64,000 bases of DNA from a virus (IMGVR_UViG_3300034091_000309); one strand, 5' to 3'; numbered from the stretch's first letter, positions 32,482-42,219 are shown. Notes: generated by a model from the letters alone, not told the origin. A program made the numbers and translations.

Positions 32482-32709
32482 ATGCCGTTGCCGGCTAATG
32501 CCGAGGCCTTGCGGAAGGCGGGCTATGTCTTCCTCGATCACGGAGAGTGCGAGGTCTGCGGACGGTCGATCACATGGTGGCTCAACCCCTGGAAGCGCCG
32601 TGTGGCGATTGAGTTTGCGCTGGAAGAGGGCGATAACAGCTTGGCGCTGGCGCACTGGATGATGTGCGGTGCGACAAAGCAGAAAGAAAGTGAAAAGGTG
32701 AAAGGGTGA
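32482..32709 (+). CDS. small hypothetical protein (75 aa)
   Basis: RBS gaaagga precedes the ATG. Confidence 0.4.
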   Translation: MPLPANAEALRKAGYVFLDHGECEVCGRSITWWLNPWKRRVAIEFALEEGDNSLALAHWMMCGATKQKESEKVKG

Positions 32710-32757
32710 ATCCACTTCACTCGCTCACTGGTTCACTCGTTCTGTGAGGAGTCACGC

Positions 32758-34101
32758 TTGAACGAACTGACACAATTCGCTAAGACCCTGCCGCCTTGGG
32801 CAATTCTCTTCGCCGGCGTGGCGGCGGGTTGGCTGCGCAACTTCTGGATGTGGCTCTACAACCACACGCTAGGGATGGCCGCGCGGCGGATCATGGTCAG
32901 CGTTGAGGTGGAGGAGTGCGACCATGCCGATGCTTACCTGTGGCTGCAGGCGTGGGTGGAGCGCCGGCTGAGTGAGCGCAGAATCTCCGCACTGCAACTG
33001 CGCAGAAAAGCCGGAGTCTACTACAACTATGAAAAACCGATGGGCGCGGGCGACGAAGACGGGGAGGACCGCGATGCCTATGAACTCGTTCCTACCTATG
33101 GGGTCTATCCCTTCCGCTGGCGGAGACGCTACCTCATTATCTTCGCATCGCAGAAAGCCGATCAGACAGCGCCCAGTGGCGGCGATTTCCGCTCCTTCGG
33201 GTTGCCGCGGCGCAACGTCACTCTTTCCATCTGGGGCACACGGGAGCGCCGGTTGCTGCTGGAACTCATTGCCGAGGCCCGTGAGCAATGGCTCCTGAGC
33301 CATCCAACTGCCCTCGAATACTTCTTCCATCGCTACAGCTACTGGAAGTCCCGGCCCATGGCGCAGCGCCCACGCCATACCGTTTACCTGCCCTATGGTC
33401 TGCTCGACGAGATTCTCTCCGATGCGCGGGGCTTTCTGGAGCAGAAGGCCATTTTCCAGTCCCTTGGCATTCCCTGGCGCCGCGGCTATCTACTCTACGG
33501 GCCGCCGGGAGGCGGCAAGACGACTTTGGTCCAATGCATCGCCACGGAGCTGCACCTGCCGCTCTATTACCTGAGCCTGGCCTCTCTCCGCAGCCGCGAA
33601 GATCTGGCTGAGTTGCTGGACTCGGTGGCGCCAAACTCCATTTTGCTGATTGAAGACATTGACTGCATTACGGCGGCGGTTAGCCGCATGAACGCGGAAA
33701 ACGCGGGGCAGAAGGGCGCCGAGCATCCGCAGCCGACCTTGACCGCCGATGGAGCATCTCTTTCTGAACAGAAGATCACGCCCTCCGATCTGCTCAACTT
33801 TATCGACGGCATCATTGCCTCGCAGGGGCGTTTGCTGGTGATGACCACCAATCATCCTGAGAACCTTGACCCGGCGCTGGTGCGCGCCGGCCGCGTAGAC
33901 AGGAGATGGGAGATCACCTACGCAGCGCGGGAAGAACTCCGGGCCTTCCACGCCGCCGTTTGCGATGCGGGAGTTCGAGCGTTGCCCTTCGCCGAGTTTT
34001 TAACCGAGCTGCCGCACCCATGCACGATCGCCGATGCGCAGGCGAAGGTCTTCCGAGCGCGGGCAGCAGAAGAGTGTGAGTATGAACCCTGCAGCCGTTG
34101 A
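32758..34101 (+). CDS. BCS1-like AAA+ ATPase
   Basis: TTG start after RBS gaggag; BCS1-type N-terminal domain followed by an AAA module (GYLLYGPPGGGKTTL...SQGRLLVMTTNHPENLDPALVRAGRVD). Confidence 0.6.
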   Translation: MNELTQFAKTLPPWAILFAGVAAGWLRNFWMWLYNHTLGMAARRIMVSVEVEECDHADAYLWLQAWVERRLSERRISALQLRRKAGVYYNYEKPMGAGDEDGEDRDAYELVPTYGVYPFRWRRRYLIIFASQKADQTAPSGGDFRSFGLPRRNVTLSIWGTRERRLLLELIAEAREQWLLSHPTALEYFFHRYSYWKSRPMAQRPRHTVYLPYGLLDEILSDARGFLEQKAIFQSLGIPWRRGYLLYGPPGGGKTTLVQCIATELHLPLYYLSLASLRSREDLAELLDSVAPNSILLIEDIDCITAAVSRMNAENAGQKGAEHPQPTLTADGASLSEQKITPSDLLNFIDGIIASQGRLLVMTTNHPENLDPALVRAGRVDRRWEITYAAREELRAFHAAVCDAGVRALPFAEFLTELPHPCTIADAQAKVFRARAAEECEYEPCSR

Positions 34102-34432
34102 GCCGAAGCGGGAGCCGATAAGGGTGTTGCGGGACGGGCGCGAGATCTTGAACCTGCTTACCAAGGCGGGGCGCGACGAATACATGCGCCGCATTCGCGC
34201 GATGTGGGAACGGCAGGGACGGCGCTGCTGCCTGGAGGGCTGGATCGAGGGCTGCCCCGGAAAACTAAGGCTGGCCGACGCGGTCTTCGAGCACCAGGAG
34301 GGCCGGGGCATGAACGGAGGCCACCGCGACGACCGCATCGAGAGAAACGGGAGACCCTTGAACGGCGCGGCGCACGCTTGGTGCAACAGCATGAAAGGGT
34401 CGAGGAAGATCAATTATCACGAAGTGCCGTAA
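34082..34432 (+). CDS. HNH-like endonuclease (putative)
   Basis: Contains CCLEGWIEGCPGK...GGHRDDRIERNGRPLNGAAHAWCN. Confidence 0.4.
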   Translation: MNPAAVEPKREPIRVLRDGREILNLLTKAGRDEYMRRIRAMWERQGRRCCLEGWIEGCPGKLRLADAVFEHQEGRGMNGGHRDDRIERNGRPLNGAAHAWCNSMKGSRKINYHEVP

Positions 34433-34467
34433 CAGCGAACGGTTAGGAGCTAGGAGTTAGGCGACCA

Positions 34468-34749
34468 ATGACCATCAAACGAGTTCCGGTATGCACGATC
34501 TGCGGGCAGGAGTGTTCGGGCGCCAACCGCTTTTGCGCTTGGCAGTATCCGAATACGCTGGTCATCCGGCGCTGGCAGCACACGGTGGACACCGACAGGT
34601 TGAACGACGAGGACACCATTCACCTGTGCGGGCAGGGATGCGCGCACAAATTGATGGATAGATTCCTGGGCGGGACGGGCAAAACAGAGGCAGGCTCCGC
34701 GATAGGAGAGAAGGAGGACGAGGATGGCGGCGAAGGGAAAGCTATTTGA
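34468..34749 (+). CDS. zinc-binding hypothetical protein
   Basis: Contains CTICGQECSG...CGQGCAHK. Confidence 0.4.
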   Translation: MTIKRVPVCTICGQECSGANRFCAWQYPNTLVIRRWQHTVDTDRLNDEDTIHLCGQGCAHKLMDRFLGGTGKTEAGSAIGEKEDEDGGEGKAI

Positions 34750-34948
34750 GTACGCGGTGATTCATCACCCCAAGGCCAAGAAGGATCTGGCCGGCAACGA
34801 GGAAACGGTCAAGAGCGCGATCTTGACCGACGTGACGCGGATTCTGGCGGTGACGCTGGAGGAAGTGTCGATTTTGGCGGCGCGGACGATTCCCGAGGAG
34901 TACCTGGACAAGCTGGAGCAGGTGGAGATCGTGGTGCGCCCTTTTTAA
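34724..34948 (+). CDS. small hypothetical protein (74 aa)
   Basis: RBS ggaggacgagg precedes the ATG. Confidence 0.4.
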   Translation: MAAKGKLFEYAVIHHPKAKKDLAGNEETVKSAILTDVTRILAVTLEEVSILAARTIPEEYLDKLEQVEIVVRPF

Positions 34949-34949
34949 C

Positions 34950-35028
34950 GCCCCAAGCACGAAGGCCTGTGCTTGGGGACCCCGCATTAGTACCCCAGGG
35001 ATGTGGACCTATCCGTGGGGGCCCCGCG
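34950..35028 (+). repeat. two adjacent RPE-like elements (intergenic)
   Basis: Copies cgccccaagcacgaaggcctgtgcttggggaccccgc and taccccagggatgtggacctatccgtgggggccccgcg. Confidence 0.65.
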
Positions 35029-35258
35029 AAATCGGACAAGGGCGAAGGGGAAAGAGAGGAACGGCACAAACAATCCATGGAACGTGGAATGATGGCCCAA
35101 TCAGCGGGAGACGCAGCACTTCGGACGGATGCTCTGGCACCATGGGCTTATCCGCTAAGCAGCTTGAACACCGGCAGTTTGAGCGGCGCCAACAATGTGA
35201 GCTACACGGTCTCGGCCACATCGCCATCGACTGCCTACAACGCAGCGCAACTGATCCA

Positions 35259-35296
35259 CAACCCCACGAACTGAGACCTGTCCGTGGGGACCCCAA
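35259..35296 (+). repeat. RPE-like palindromic element copy
   Basis: The sequence reads caaccccacgaactgagacctgtccgtggggaccccaa. Confidence 0.65.
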
Positions 35297-35309
35297 TTGG
35301 AGTGAATGT

Positions 35310-35834
35310 ATGAACAGACGCGAAGTATTGAAATGGGGCGGAGCCGGAGTGACTCTTACCTGCCTCTCGCCCACCATCCTTCTGGAGGGCTGCGGGGTAT
35401 CGACGATTCAAGCCTACATCATCGCCGTGGATACGGCGGTCACCGGCGTTCTCGATCTGCTGGGCGACAGCGCCCTGGCTGAAAAGATTCAAAACGCCGT
35501 GAATGCGGTCAACAAGGCCCTCAGCAACTGGACCTCGGGCACCATCCCGCAGATGGTGGTGGAGGCACTGAACGCTCTGCAGGCGGTGCTGGATACCGTG
35601 CCCATGTCGAATCTGCTGACCACAGCGATCAACATTGCGATCACGGCCATTGATGCGATCCTGGCTGTCTCCGGAGGGGACAAGATTATGTCTCTGGCGA
35701 CGGCGCGGCTCCATAAGCATCCGAAGCCGAACGAAGAACTCAAGACCCACCGGCAGTTCGCCAAGGCGTGGAACAGCGCCATCGATAACGCAGGTCTGCC
35801 GGCCAAGGCCAAGGTGCCGGTGCCGTTCTTTTAA
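35310..35834 (+). CDS. secreted hypothetical protein (Tat-like signal MNRREVLKWGGAG)
   Basis: RBS ggagtgaatgt precedes the ATG. Confidence 0.5.
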   Translation: MNRREVLKWGGAGVTLTCLSPTILLEGCGVSTIQAYIIAVDTAVTGVLDLLGDSALAEKIQNAVNAVNKALSNWTSGTIPQMVVEALNALQAVLDTVPMSNLLTTAINIAITAIDAILAVSGGDKIMSLATARLHKHPKPNEELKTHRQFAKAWNSAIDNAGLPAKAKVPVPFF

Positions 35835-35917
35835 GCAAAGCAGTGAAGAGTGTGCGTGTGGAGTGTGAGTGCGCCGCGCACTGTTCACTCACACACGCAA
35901 TCAAAAGGAGGAGAACC

Positions 35918-36670
35918 ATGCCCAATCTTGTGAATTTTGTTCCCAGCCCGTATGAAGCCCAATCGAATTTCTGGACCAGTTACTGGGACAGTGCGCGTTT
36001 GGGAGCCTACAGCTTCGGACTGGATGGCGGCGGTCAAATCCAGTCGGTGACGGTCACGAATCCGCGCACGGGTTGGTTTGAAAACGTCTACGCAACCGTG
36101 ATGCAAGACGCCGGCCGCAGCAGTGGGCCAAGCACCGCTGCGGGGACGGTCGTGGAAGCACCCGAGCGGACGATGCTCAAGCGGGTTCCGGTGGAGGTCC
36201 AGGATCTGGACTTGAGCCATCCCCGCCAAGCTCTGGCCGCAGCCGCCGAGGATCTGCTGGGCTACACACCCTTGCGCCAGGAGCTGCGCGCGCCGGGAAG
36301 CCTGAAGCGGGCGCTGGCCAAACTGGAGATCGAGATTCTGGATCAGGCCAGCGTGGACCAGTACAAGGTACAGATGGCGGAACATTATTGGACGACGGGC
36401 AAGATGAAGGACCCTACTTGGCGGTTGACCAAGCTCGGCAACTACACCCAACCGGTGCCGGAGTTCGTCCTGCAGAAGGCCGTCGAGATCAAGCGCGAAG
36501 TTCCCGCAGCCGCGTTCTACGTGGACCAGTTGGCGGTGGACCCCTTCCTGATCGTCAGTTTGGGGCCGCTCAAGGACTGGGTCGTCAATGCGCCATCGCG
36601 GGCGCTGGACCCGGAGACGGCGGCGTATGTGGAGGTGTGGTCGGAGCCGAAGTTCGAGTCCAGCTTGTAA
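35918..36670 (+). CDS. hypothetical protein (250 aa)
   Basis: RBS aaaaggaggagaacc precedes the ATG. Confidence 0.5.
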   Translation: MPNLVNFVPSPYEAQSNFWTSYWDSARLGAYSFGLDGGGQIQSVTVTNPRTGWFENVYATVMQDAGRSSGPSTAAGTVVEAPERTMLKRVPVEVQDLDLSHPRQALAAAAEDLLGYTPLRQELRAPGSLKRALAKLEIEILDQASVDQYKVQMAEHYWTTGKMKDPTWRLTKLGNYTQPVPEFVLQKAVEIKREVPAAAFYVDQLAVDPFLIVSLGPLKDWVVNAPSRALDPETAAYVEVWSEPKFESSL

Positions 36671-36692
36671 GCTGGACTCGAACGGTGGTCAG

Positions 36693-36730
36693 CCACCCCA
36701 GCGACGTGGACCTGTCGCTGGGGACCCCGG
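36693..36730 (+). repeat. RPE-like palindromic element copy
   Basis: The sequence reads ccaccccagcgacgtggacctgtcgctggggaccccgg. Confidence 0.75.
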
Positions 36731-36960
36731 ACAGTGGTCAGCGGCCAGGGAACGGGCGGGGACCGGAACTTGTCGACCGGGGCTTGCCTCTCGGAGAGGA
36801 GAAGGCAAACCCCGATCTACCCCAACGGCGCGCCGCGCCCGACCAAGGGGCATTCGGCGCTCCCCTACTGCGACCCCCAAGAATCGAAGATCAATTCTTA
36901 GGGGCCGCGGCCGTCAGGGACTTCGATCCCCACAATCGACTCTTTCTTGCCCGGCAGGGA

Positions 36961-37197
36961 TTAGAGGTCGGCGACCAGCGTGCTGCTGATGATGCTGAAC
37001 GCAGAGTTGAGGCCCTTGGCCAGTTGTGTCATGCCGACGACTGCGCCAAAGGCGATGAGAGCGACGACCAAAGCATACTCGACCAGGTCCTGGCCTTCCT
37101 CAGCGCCCCACGGACTTAGACCTGTCCGTGGGGGCCCCGGAACGCGGTTCTTCAGCTCCTGGAACGTCACATACAGCTTGAGAAGCAGGTTGTTCAT
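36961..37197 (-). CDS. flp: Flp/Fap-family type IVb pilin with an RPE-derived insertion in the leader peptide
   Basis: RBS gaggag precedes the ATG; mature-like segment QDLVEYALVVALIAFGAVVGMTQLAKGLNSAFSIISSTL; the leader contains VPGPPRTGLSPWGAEE encoded by the RPE copy at 37104-37140. Confidence 0.55.
   Translation of the reverse strand: MNNLLLKLYVTFQELKNRVPGPPRTGLSPWGAEEGQDLVEYALVVALIAFGAVVGMTQLAKGLNSAFSIISSTLVADL
37104..37140 (+). repeat. RPE-like palindromic element copy (inside the Flp pilin leader on the opposite strand)
   Basis: The sequence reads cgccccacggacttagacctgtccgtgggggccccgg. Confidence 0.7.
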
Positions 37198-37572
37198 GAA
37201 TGTTCTCCTCGGTTCGATCTTCCCAGCCCATCAGGTTCTCCTGCGGGCAAATGCGCGTCCGTGGCGTAATCGACAGATTGGGTTATCTTCTGTATACACC
37301 CTTTGGCCCACGGGCGCAAATTACCGGGGTCACCGGTGCGCGAGTTTTGTGCGCTGGAGCGAAAGTGATGCTGGATGGAGCATCTAAGCATTCAGGCGCG
37401 CAGATTTTTGTGGACAAAAAACGGCTGCTGTGTTTAGAGTAGGCGGGTAGGCACCCATTTTGAACCGGGGTCCTTGGACAGTGGTCAGTGCGAGTGGTGA
37501 GTGCGAGTCAGCAGTGCGCCGCATACTCCACACTCTTCTCTGTTCACTGATCTCTACTAAAAGGAGCTTGCG

Positions 37573-38718
37573 ATGCGCAATACGACGATGCGGGAAAAGT
37601 TGGATGGGATTCTGACGCCCATGGGGTTGGAGTCTGCGGATGCGCTGGTCGCCAGAAGCAATGACGAGATATTAGCTACGGTGGGAGCGATGCGACGAAA
37701 GCAGAGTAAGGTCATCAGAAAACCAGGGTTCCCGGAAGCGGATTTTGGCAGAAAAGGTAAAAAACATGGGCTCGAAGCAGGTTTACCTCCCCGTTATGTG
37801 CCTCCGCCCAGACTCGCGAATCCATTCTCAGTTCATGCTCACTCCATCGCAGTAGTTCCACCCCCGCCGGAAGCTGCCAAGCCGGGGTCCCCGACGACAG
37901 GTCCTAGTCGTTGGGGTGAAAAGCCGGTCCTGGTTCCTGCGCCGGCCGCTTTGGAAGACAAATCTAAAACAGTCCTTCCTATCAAACCAGAGGTCGTTCC
38001 TTCCGATGTGCAGCAGCCCGCCAAGGATGAAGCGTTGCCAACTCTTCTTGGCGATAAACCTGCCGCGGCTGAGACCGCGCCCGCGCAAAGCGCTGATCGA
38101 CTAACCCTCATCCATCCTCTTTTCGAGCCCCAGTTACCCTCCCCATCTTCTGAACCGCTGGCAACTCCGTCTGCGCCGCCCAACCTGAATTGGCCGCAGA
38201 AGCCTTCGCCCTTCGACGCCGACCTGAAACCCATCGAGAGCAAACTCAGGGATGCGCGAACAAGGGTCGCTTTTACTCTGGAACAGTTGCGGGAGCAGGA
38301 GAAAAACCTGGACACGCAACTCTGCGGTGTGCGGTCGCAGCTCGAAAAGTACAGGGAGCGTGTGCGGCAGATCAACGAAGCCATCGCCGCCTGCGTCTTG
38401 CTGGCCGAGCAGTCCGCCGGCCTGGAGCCGGGGCTGCTCGCGGCCGGGGGGACGCATCATAAGACGCCGGGCTTCGCAACGGGGACACCGCACATTACCA
38501 TGCCGGACAAGAACGATCCCACCATCCTGCGCATGGAGGATATGCGCCAGTTCTTCAAGGAACACCCAGGCAAGGAATGGTCGGCAGGAACGATTCTACC
38601 CCGATTGCCGGTTGAGAAACAGGCTCACGCCAAATCGTACCTTCCCTCCGCACTTACCAATCTGAGGAAGATGGATGAAATACGGTGCGTCAGCAGGGGA
38701 AGATATCAGGCGAAATAA
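37573..38718 (+). CDS. proline-rich hypothetical protein (381 aa)
   Basis: RBS aaaaggagc precedes the ATG; an RPE copy (minus orientation) is read in frame at 37882-37918. Confidence 0.5.
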   Translation: MRNTTMREKLDGILTPMGLESADALVARSNDEILATVGAMRRKQSKVIRKPGFPEADFGRKGKKHGLEAGLPPRYVPPPRLANPFSVHAHSIAVVPPPPEAAKPGSPTTGPSRWGEKPVLVPAPAALEDKSKTVLPIKPEVVPSDVQQPAKDEALPTLLGDKPAAAETAPAQSADRLTLIHPLFEPQLPSPSSEPLATPSAPPNLNWPQKPSPFDADLKPIESKLRDARTRVAFTLEQLREQEKNLDTQLCGVRSQLEKYRERVRQINEAIAACVLLAEQSAGLEPGLLAAGGTHHKTPGFATGTPHITMPDKNDPTILRMEDMRQFFKEHPGKEWSAGTILPRLPVEKQAHAKSYLPSALTNLRKMDEIRCVSRGRYQAK

Positions 38719-38736
38719 CGAGATCAGAGATCAGGG

Positions 38737-39393
38737 ATGGTGAAAAAACGCTGGTCGCCAACCGAGGACGAAGTTTTCCGCCGGCTCTATCCGCAGAGCA
38801 AGACCGAGCACCTGGCGCTCTACTTTGGCTGTAGTGTGTGCTGCCTGTATAACCGGGCCGCGCTGTTGGGGATCAGGAAAAGCGCGGAATGGAAGGGTAG
38901 CGACGAGGGTTGCTTTCTGCGCCGGCATCCGGAGGCAGGGGCGCCAATGCGCTTCAAGCCGGGCCATGTGCCGCCCAACAAAGGCTTGCGGCGACCGGGA
39001 TGGGCGCCGGGGCGGATGGCCGAGACGCAGTTCAAGAAGGGGCAGATGCCGTGGACTTGGGTGCCGCTGTGGTCGGAAAGGATGAGCAAGGAGGGCTATC
39101 TGGAGATCAAGTTCCGGGAGCGCAAGGGCCGGCACGGCAATTGGGCTAGTGCGCATGTTCTGCTCTGGGAGGACAGGCATGGCCCGGTCCCCAAAGGCCA
39201 CAAATTAGCCTTCAAGGACGGGGACAGGGCGCACATCGCTCTCAACAACCTGGAGCTGGTCTCGAACGCAGAGATGATGCGGCGCAACTCGGTGCACAAC
39301 CTGCCCAAGGAGTTGCAACTGGTGATTCAATTGAATGGGGCGCTGAAGAGAAAGTTAAGAGAGTTGTCAGAGGACAGTGTGAAAAAGCGGTGA
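38737..39393 (+). CDS. HNH homing endonuclease (HNH_3 family)
   Basis: Contains NWASAHVLLWEDRHGPVPKGHKLAFKDGDRAHIALNNLELVS. Confidence 0.55.
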   Translation: MVKKRWSPTEDEVFRRLYPQSKTEHLALYFGCSVCCLYNRAALLGIRKSAEWKGSDEGCFLRRHPEAGAPMRFKPGHVPPNKGLRRPGWAPGRMAETQFKKGQMPWTWVPLWSERMSKEGYLEIKFRERKGRHGNWASAHVLLWEDRHGPVPKGHKLAFKDGDRAHIALNNLELVSNAEMMRRNSVHNLPKELQLVIQLNGALKRKLRELSEDSVKKR

Positions 39394-39480
39394 ATCGTGT
39401 GAGTGTGAGTGTGGAGTGTGTGGTGCGCTGATGACTCGCACTCACTTGACCCCTGCCTTCTCAGGCACGAAAGGAAGCAA

Positions 39481-39744
39481 ATGCCAAGAGACTTAGCGAC
39501 GCTGTATGACCATCTATTTCGCTCTCTGGATCTGCTTAGGGAGAGCAAAAACGTGGAGTTGGAGGCCAACATCAAGCGGGCGGCGGCGGTGCGGCAGACG
39601 GCGCAGGCGGTGATCGAGGCCGCCAAGCTGGAGGTAGCAGTACACAGGCTGAAGAAGTCGTCTTCTCTGGACGGCTTGTTTCCGGACCTCAAGCAACTAG
39701 GCGTGAGTGGAAAGCAGTTGGGCGCCGGCGATGGAAAAAAATGA
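39481..39744 (+). CDS. small hypothetical protein (87 aa)
   Basis: RBS gaaaggaagcaa precedes the ATG. Confidence 0.45.
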   Translation: MPRDLATLYDHLFRSLDLLRESKNVELEANIKRAAAVRQTAQAVIEAAKLEVAVHRLKKSSSLDGLFPDLKQLGVSGKQLGAGDGKK

Positions 39745-40159
39745 GATGGAGACCTGGACGGAGGAGCTGCCCTGGATCGGGCAGTATGTGCTGGACGAGC
39801 GCGGTGAGCCGATACCGGCGACCAGTCTGCTGCAATGGGGCAGATGGATGGAGATTGCCGCCCGTCATGTGGCGCTGACGGTGTTTCCTGGGGGGCGGGT
39901 GTCGACGATCTTCCTGGGGTTGGACGTTAATTTCTGGCGGCGGCCGGAGGATGTTCCACTGGATTACCAGCCCCTCTTATGGGAGACGATTGTCTTTCGC
40001 GGAGGAGAGATCGAGGAGCAGCGGCGCTATACCTCGCGCGCAGATGCCTTGGAAGGCCATCGCGCCCTGGTCAAAGAGCTGAGCGGATATGAGCGGGCGG
40101 CGGCGACCTGCATAGACTTCTGGCGGGTCACTATGCGCTGCTGGAAAGGGCTGAGATGA
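39731..40159 (+). CDS. hypothetical protein (142 aa)
   Basis: Its start overlaps the upstream stop. Confidence 0.45.
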   Translation: MEKNEMETWTEELPWIGQYVLDERGEPIPATSLLQWGRWMEIAARHVALTVFPGGRVSTIFLGLDVNFWRRPEDVPLDYQPLLWETIVFRGGEIEEQRRYTSRADALEGHRALVKELSGYERAAATCIDFWRVTMRCWKGLR

Positions 40160-40389
40160 GCAAGGATGCGGAGCGGTGTCTGGAGTGCGGCAGCACGAAG
40201 ATTACCGAATCGATCAAAACGCAGGAGTTCCGGTACGGCTCTTCGGACGAGCGGGTGACGTTGACTGCGACCATGCCGGTGTTTACTTGCGCGGAGTGCG
40301 GATATGAGAACTTCGACGAGAGAGGAGAGGCGGCGCGGAGCGCGGCCGTCTTCGCTTATCTCGACCGGCGCAAGCGGGAGAAAGCGTGA
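40156..40389 (+). CDS. YgiT-type zinc-ribbon protein
   Basis: Contains CLECGSTK...CAECGYENFDERGEA; ATGA overlap with the upstream gene. Confidence 0.45.
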   Translation: MSKDAERCLECGSTKITESIKTQEFRYGSSDERVTLTATMPVFTCAECGYENFDERGEAARSAAVFAYLDRRKREKA

Positions 40390-40390
40390 G

Positions 40391-40470
40391 ACCGCTTCCA
40401 ACCTTTAGCTGAAAGCTAAAAGCTGCCCTTCTAATCCCTGACCACTGTTCACTGACCACTGAAAACTGTC
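40391..40470. repeat. stop-codon-dense spacer (ttagctgaaagctaaaagctg) plus a CACTGTTCACTGACCACTG word
   Basis: TAG, TGA and TAA are spread across all three frames immediately after a gene stop. Confidence 0.45.
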
Positions 40471-40483
40471 CCCTGTTTTTGCC

Positions 40484-41692
40484 TTATTGCTCCTGGACGA
40501 ACAAGCAGCCGCCGCCTTCGCAGAGATGCGCGACCACGGTGGAGTAGGCGGAGTCCTGATTGGCTCCCAGGCCGTCGCCGAAGCCGATGGCGCGGGGCAA
40601 CGTGTCGCCCTGGACACGGATGCCGATGAGTACATAGCCGTCGGTATCGTTGCCGCCGAAGGCGCTGATGGCGTAGCCCGCGCCAGCCAGGGTGGATGCC
40701 GCGGATTCCACGCCAGCCCACATCGATGAACTGCTGCCCGCCGGGACGATGAGGGTTTGGGTTTCATAGACGGTGGTGGTGTCGCCCGTCCAGCCGTAGG
40801 AGATCAGGTTGGCGTTGCCCGAGGCGTCGAAGGAGGCGGCGGTAATGATGCGGCTCAAGGCGCCGTCCGCGGCGACCGTGGCCTGAATCTCGGCCGGCGG
40901 AACGATTTCCAGGCGCTGATCGAAGCCTCCGGTCTGCGCCGTCTCCACCCACGACACACCCATGACGCCATTAGCAGACTCCATGTCCATGGAAGTGAGC
41001 ACGAGATTAGGGGCGGCGATCGAGGCCAGATAGGAGGTAAACGGCATCTCTGTCGCCGTAAAGTCTTCTTGGTAATACATGGCGAGACCGGGGGCAGGAC
41101 CGAAGGTCTCCCAGGGCCATGCGCAGTCGTTCACAGCGGGGCAATCGTAAGCCGATCCCAACCCCAGGGGAGCGCCCACAGAGTTGCTGATCCAATAGTT
41201 GGCGGTCCAGAGGAAACCTAGCCCATTTGCGTTAAAGCCCGGAAGATCCACTTGCTGGAAGAGCAGATAACGCAGGTCCCCCGGTTTGGGTGAGCGCGCC
41301 CCCGCCTTCAGCGTAACGGTGTTGCTGGCGACGGAGTTGACGGCGTTGCTGACGGTCACCTGAAAGGAGCCGATGAGGGTCGAGTCATTGTCGCCGAGAG
41401 CGATGGCGGGAGTGGTGTAGGAGGCATCGACGGCGCCGGGAATCTCCTGGCCGTTCTCGCTCCACTGGTAGTTGAGCGGCGCGGTACCGGTGGCGGTCAC
41501 GGCAAAGGTCGCCGTTTCGCTGATGGGGACGGTCTGGCTCAGCGGCTGGACGGTGATGACGACCCCCTGGGGCGGCGGCGGCGGCGGACTGGATTTGCCT
41601 CCGCAGCCGGCGAGCGGAAGCGCGGCGCAAGCGAAGAGAATTACCAGCGCAGGACGAAGCATAGAGATGAGCCTACAGGACGACAAAGGCAT
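40484..41692 (-). CDS. lipoprotein with Ig-like/beta-rich domains (lipobox LAGC)
   Basis: RBS gaggag precedes the ATG; signal peptide MPLSSCRLISMLRPALVILFACAALPLAGCGG. Confidence 0.55.
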   Translation of the reverse strand: MPLSSCRLISMLRPALVILFACAALPLAGCGGKSSPPPPPPQGVVITVQPLSQTVPISETATFAVTATGTAPLNYQWSENGQEIPGAVDASYTTPAIALGDNDSTLIGSFQVTVSNAVNSVASNTVTLKAGARSPKPGDLRYLLFQQVDLPGFNANGLGFLWTANYWISNSVGAPLGLGSAYDCPAVNDCAWPWETFGPAPGLAMYYQEDFTATEMPFTSYLASIAAPNLVLTSMDMESANGVMGVSWVETAQTGGFDQRLEIVPPAEIQATVAADGALSRIITAASFDASGNANLISYGWTGDTTTVYETQTLIVPAGSSSSMWAGVESAASTLAGAGYAISAFGGNDTDGYVLIGIRVQGDTLPRAIGFGDGLGANQDSAYSTVVAHLCEGGGCLFVQEQ

Positions 41693-41709
41693 GGCGATTC
41701 TCCTCAAGG

Positions 41710-42219
41710 TTACTTCTTCGGTGTCGAAATGCTCAGCGGGAAGGTGGCAATCTCATAGACGGCTTGATCGCTGTCAACCGGATCAAAAAACAAGTTCAGC
41801 CCGGACTGTCTTTCAACAATTCGCGCATTGAAGTAATAAACCTTTCCCGCCTCCGCCGTGAAATGCAAGAGCCCCACGAGACCCCCATAACCGGATTGCA
41901 TGTACGCGCAGAGATGATGTTCCCCCGGCTCCACGGAGACGGAGAAATAGGAATTGTTCCAGTTCGCGCCCACCCAGGCTCCATCCAATCCGATATTGGC
42001 TACCGGGAAGATAAACACATTGGGGCCATCTATGCCTTTGTCCTGGACGAAGTAAACCCGCGCCCTCCCCGCTTCGGGCTGGGCCACCGTGTGCTGGGTT
42101 TCATCCAGCTTCACTTTGAAGATGACATTCTTTGGGCCGCAGGCCGCAGGAAGACCCGGAGGTGGGCTCTGGGCCCAGGCGGCGGCGGCAAAGAACAATA
42201 CGATGAAAGCGGCTTTCAT
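41710..42219 (-). CDS. secreted hypothetical protein (169 aa)
   Basis: RBS aaaggag precedes the ATG; signal peptide MKAAFIVLFFAAAAWAQS. Confidence 0.55.
   Translation of the reverse strand: MKAAFIVLFFAAAAWAQSPPPGLPAACGPKNVIFKVKLDETQHTVAQPEAGRARVYFVQDKGIDGPNVFIFPVANIGLDGAWVGANWNNSYFSVSVEPGEHHLCAYMQSGYGGLVGLLHFTAEAGKVYYFNARIVERQSGLNLFFDPVDSDQAVYEIATFPLSISTPKK

Noticed and set aside
35001-35309. N-terminal extension of the 35310 gene, and ORF 34969..35274
   Set aside because: The extension is made of RPE-like repeat sequence, and the real start at 35310 has an RBS. The 34969 ORF has ambiguous starts and a weak signal.
36388-37119. 243-aa plus-strand ORF
   Set aside because: It is composed largely of RPE-like repeat translations and overlaps the Flp pilin gene on the other strand.
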